A stretch of DNA of 63,382 nucleotides, filler included, from Perkinsus chesapeaki ATCC PRA-425 (Eukaryota > Protista > Perkinsozoa), in NCBI GenBank assembly GCA_013115145.1. It is 4 parts of 4 records of this genome, joined end to end, with 100 filler letters (N's around TTAATTAATTAA, not from the genome) between each part and the next. Parts side by side here need not be neighbours in the genome. Positions count along the whole stretch, not along the records: positions 56,456 to 63,382 come from JAAPAO010001052.1; 3 more parts are not named here. One strand, 5' to 3'. The notes under the pieces were generated by a model, which was given only the letters and a program-made list of their open reading frames with translations, was not told where the DNA came from and ran no database searches. Positions 61,355 to 63,382 of this stretch are shown here, piece by piece. Numbering within the stretch: the stretch's first letter is position 1; every line of letters starts with the position of its first letter. The translations under genes and the position numbers were made by a program.

Positions 61355-62877
61355 GGCTCCTGAGGCGCGCCTGCTCCTGATGCGGCAAGCCGTCCTCTAA
61401 ACTGGAAAGGTCTCACTTGGAACTGGTCACTATGAAGATCTCTCACAGCATCAGTTCCCTCGACTTTATTACGATAAGCTAAGAACCATAACTGTCCGTT
61501 ACCAGAACGCAAGGGCACAACCCGAGACTCGTCAGCACGAACGACCTGATCGGGTTGGCCTTGAACACCAGGACCACCAATGACATACACCACGGCGAAC
61601 TTGGATGCCCACTTGGAGAGGCTTTCTCTTCGGTGCTTTGGTGCGGCATCCCGAACCTGGGAGACAACATCCGAAGCAGCACGCATGTGCAGGGTACGCG
61701 TGCCATCCCTCTCCGAGGACTTTCCGCCACTGGGCTGGGTAGTAAGTCGAATAGAGGCATCACGGAAGATCCGGCAACTCTTCCTTATACAGCCAACAAC
61801 CGTAGGTCCCACAAGGACACCATCGAAAGGCAATAGTAGCTCCCATTCAGTGTCCTCGGACATCTCGCGCTCCACATCACGTGACATACCCGAACTCGAG
61901 TAGATGGATTCAATAACATCCAGTCGTAGGTTCTCAGGCAGCTTGTTAATAACCGCACGAACCATTATCCGTCGTTCGAAAGTCTCATCCTTGTACACAT
62001 CCTGATAGAGATGAAATAATGCCGAACATTTGCGCAAGAAGGCATCTGCTCCATTAAGGTCAGCAAACCTCAGAGCACTAAGGGCTGAGCGGTATCCATC
62101 CCTTAGCTGGTCCTTGCGAGAGAATTGTTGTCGGAGTTCCTCCCTTATAGCCTGCCAACTGTAGTTAGTCGTTCTAGCAACCTCGTGCGCGGCAGCCAAA
62201 GCCTCAGGGCACGGCTTGAGGCTAGTCGCTAGCTTGGTGAAGCAAGTCAGCTTGAACTTGGAGTACGGGACAAAGTAGCCTGACATAGAATGACCGGCTC
62301 CTGCTTCCTCGAACAAGCTTTCAACCAAGATGAGGTGAGAGGCAACATGTGGAGCCGACTGCACCTCAGGCACTGGCACTCGATTGAGGTCAGCTAGAGT
62401 AGTAGTGGGCCTCACGGGAACCCTCGACCCAGGATCCTCAGGATCTTCGGCATTACTCGGACTCAAACTCATGTACTGGACCGATTGGTGAGGGGATACT
62501 CTAGGTTCGGTGTTCTGTTGGACTGAACCTGATACGTGCTCCCCAAGGACACCAAGTGCTCGAGTTGCCCTCGAAAGACCTGCTTGGCGAGACCGATCGC
62601 TGTGGCTGGCGTCCAGAGTAGCCTGCGCCTCAACGATGTCGGTCTCGAGTTCGGCTATCCTAGCGAGCGAAGTAGCTTCTCGCTCGTGTAACTCCTCCAG
62701 GACCGGCAGGTAATCTTCCGAACCGTCATCAATCAAATTATTAAGAGATTCACGGGCTTGGGCAAGAGAACGGCGAACGGATGCAAGTTCTCGACGGAGC
62801 CCTCGTAAATCAACAGGCGGGGCGGAAGTAGCTGCTGCTGTAGAAGGGATAGGAGGAGATCCCACAGGTGTCGCCAT
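61345..62877 (-). CDS. gag: Gag-like protein (510 aa from ATG 62877)
   Basis: Intact ORF upstream of pol with an N-terminal coiled coil and a gag-like helical WQAIREELRQQF region. No CCHC knuckle seen. Confidence 0.85.
   Translation of the reverse strand: MATPVGSPPIPSTAAATSAPPVDLRGLRRELASVRRSLAQARESLNNLIDDGSEDYLPVLEELHEREATSLARIAELETDIVEAQATLDASHSDRSRQAGLSRATRALGVLGEHVSGSVQQNTEPRVSPHQSVQYMSLSPSNAEDPEDPGSRVPVRPTTTLADLNRVPVPEVQSAPHVASHLILVESLFEEAGAGHSMSGYFVPYSKFKLTCFTKLATSLKPCPEALAAAHEVARTTNYSWQAIREELRQQFSRKDQLRDGYRSALSALRFADLNGADAFLRKCSALFHLYQDVYKDETFERRIMVRAVINKLPENLRLDVIESIYSSSGMSRDVEREMSEDTEWELLLPFDGVLVGPTVVGCIRKSCRIFRDASIRLTTQPSGGKSSERDGTRTLHMRAASDVVSQVRDAAPKHRRESLSKWASKFAVVYVIGGPGVQGQPDQVVRADESRVVPLRSGNGQLWFLAYRNKVEGTDAVRDLHSDQFQVRPFQFRGRLAASGAGAPQEPGN
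62859..62876 (-). other. Primer-binding site (18 nt), tRNA with G discriminator, possibly Ser(GCU) or Arg
   Basis: TGGCGACACCTGTGGGAT directly after the 5' LTR. Its complement AUCCCAC-AGGUGUC-G-CCA fits tRNA positions 59-76. Confidence 0.88.
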
Positions 62878-63300
62878 AATAGGATTAACAACGAACCCAA
62901 CTCGCACTTGAGCCAAGATGGCTACGTATTTGACACTTACAGAACCTCACAGTGATAATCCAACCTAATCGCACAACTAACAGAGTTATGTCACCGCAGC
63001 TAAAAAGTGTACGCATGCGCATGTTGCGCCGCGCGCTCGTCAAGAGCGGACTATGGATCTATCAATAATCAATGAATAGCATGATAAGTAATCAAGGACA
63101 GATCAAGAGTAGATATACCACTATGGGCATCATCCCACTCAACATCAACATGACCAGAGGCACGAACCGCGACCACTTTACCCTTATAATATCGCTTCTG
63201 CGGTCTCTTACGATTCGGCACGACAACATCATATAGGACACTCAGACGCATACCAACTAAGCTCGGAAGTATATTAGCATATGGGTCTGCAGTACTGTCA
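62877..63300 (-). repeat. 5' LTR (TG...TA)
   Basis: 424-bp direct repeat of 56529-56952, followed by the PBS. Confidence 0.95.
62907..62926 (-). other. Spliced-leader sequence copy in the 5' LTR
   Basis: CGTAGCCATCTTGGCTCAAG in sense orientation, 29 nt upstream of the gag ATG. Confidence 0.93.
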
Positions 63301-63382
63301 CAGGGTATGTTGAAGTTACTAAAGCACCTCCCAGGGTATATTGAAGTTACTAAAGCACCTCCCAGGGTATATTGAAGTTCCT
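63301..63382. repeat. 31-bp satellite, right flank of the retrotransposon
   Basis: Resumes at CAGGGTATGTTGAAG... and continues as GCACCTCCCAGGGTATATTGAAGTTACTAAA units to the window end. Confidence 0.93.

Larger units (their letters stand above)
56529..63300 (-). mobile_element. Full-length Ty3/Gypsy-like LTR retrotransposon (6772 bp), pol disrupted
   Basis: Two 424-bp direct repeats, PBS, PPT, gag then PR-RT-RNase H-IN order, and matching satellite on both sides with a CAG duplication. Confidence 0.96.

Noticed and set aside
62907-62926. SL match as an SL RNA gene or as the primer-binding site
   Set aside because: It is followed by TGCGAG and gag leader rather than an SL-RNA intron, it lies within an LTR and is in sense orientation. 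A proper 18-nt tRNA PBS exists at 62859-62876.
62907-62940. GTAAGT...CTCAAG as a cis intron that would excise the SL copy
   Set aside because: Only 34 nt, shorter than the introns resolved in this window (about 45 nt or more). Not excluded, but unsupported without RNA data.
63069-63251. Independent 60-aa gene
   Set aside because: It is the 5' LTR copy of the integrase C-terminus.

Overview
Eukaryotic genomic scaffold, almost certainly the alveolate parasite Perkinsus (probably P. marinus). This is inferred from short GT-AG introns, a Perkinsus-type spliced-leader (SL) sequence and three 100-nt N/TTAATTAATTAA assembly linkers. The window holds a tRNA-Cys plus a decayed tandem copy and about 20 mostly intron-rich genes. 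These include an ARM-repeat protein, a GAD/CSAD-like PLP decarboxylase, small secreted proteins, an SR splicing factor, an Unkempt-like CCCH protein, an F-box-like protein, a dual-specificity phosphatase (DSP) next to a PP2C, an ankyrin protein, a SMYD-type SET methyltransferase and an alpha/beta hydrolase fragment. There is also a cluster of hairpin-bearing tandem repeats and one full-length, young Ty3/Gypsy-like LTR retrotransposon (56529-63300, minus strand). The main observation is that both LTRs carry a 20-nt exact copy of the host SL, 29 nt upstream of the gag ATG, suggesting an LTR adapted to SL trans-splicing. The element also has a canonical -1 frameshift signal, Tudor-like modules at the integrase C-terminus (one encoded inside the LTR), TG...TA termini and a 3-bp target duplication inside a 31-bp satellite. 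Multi-exon gene boundaries were read by eye and are approximate unless stated.
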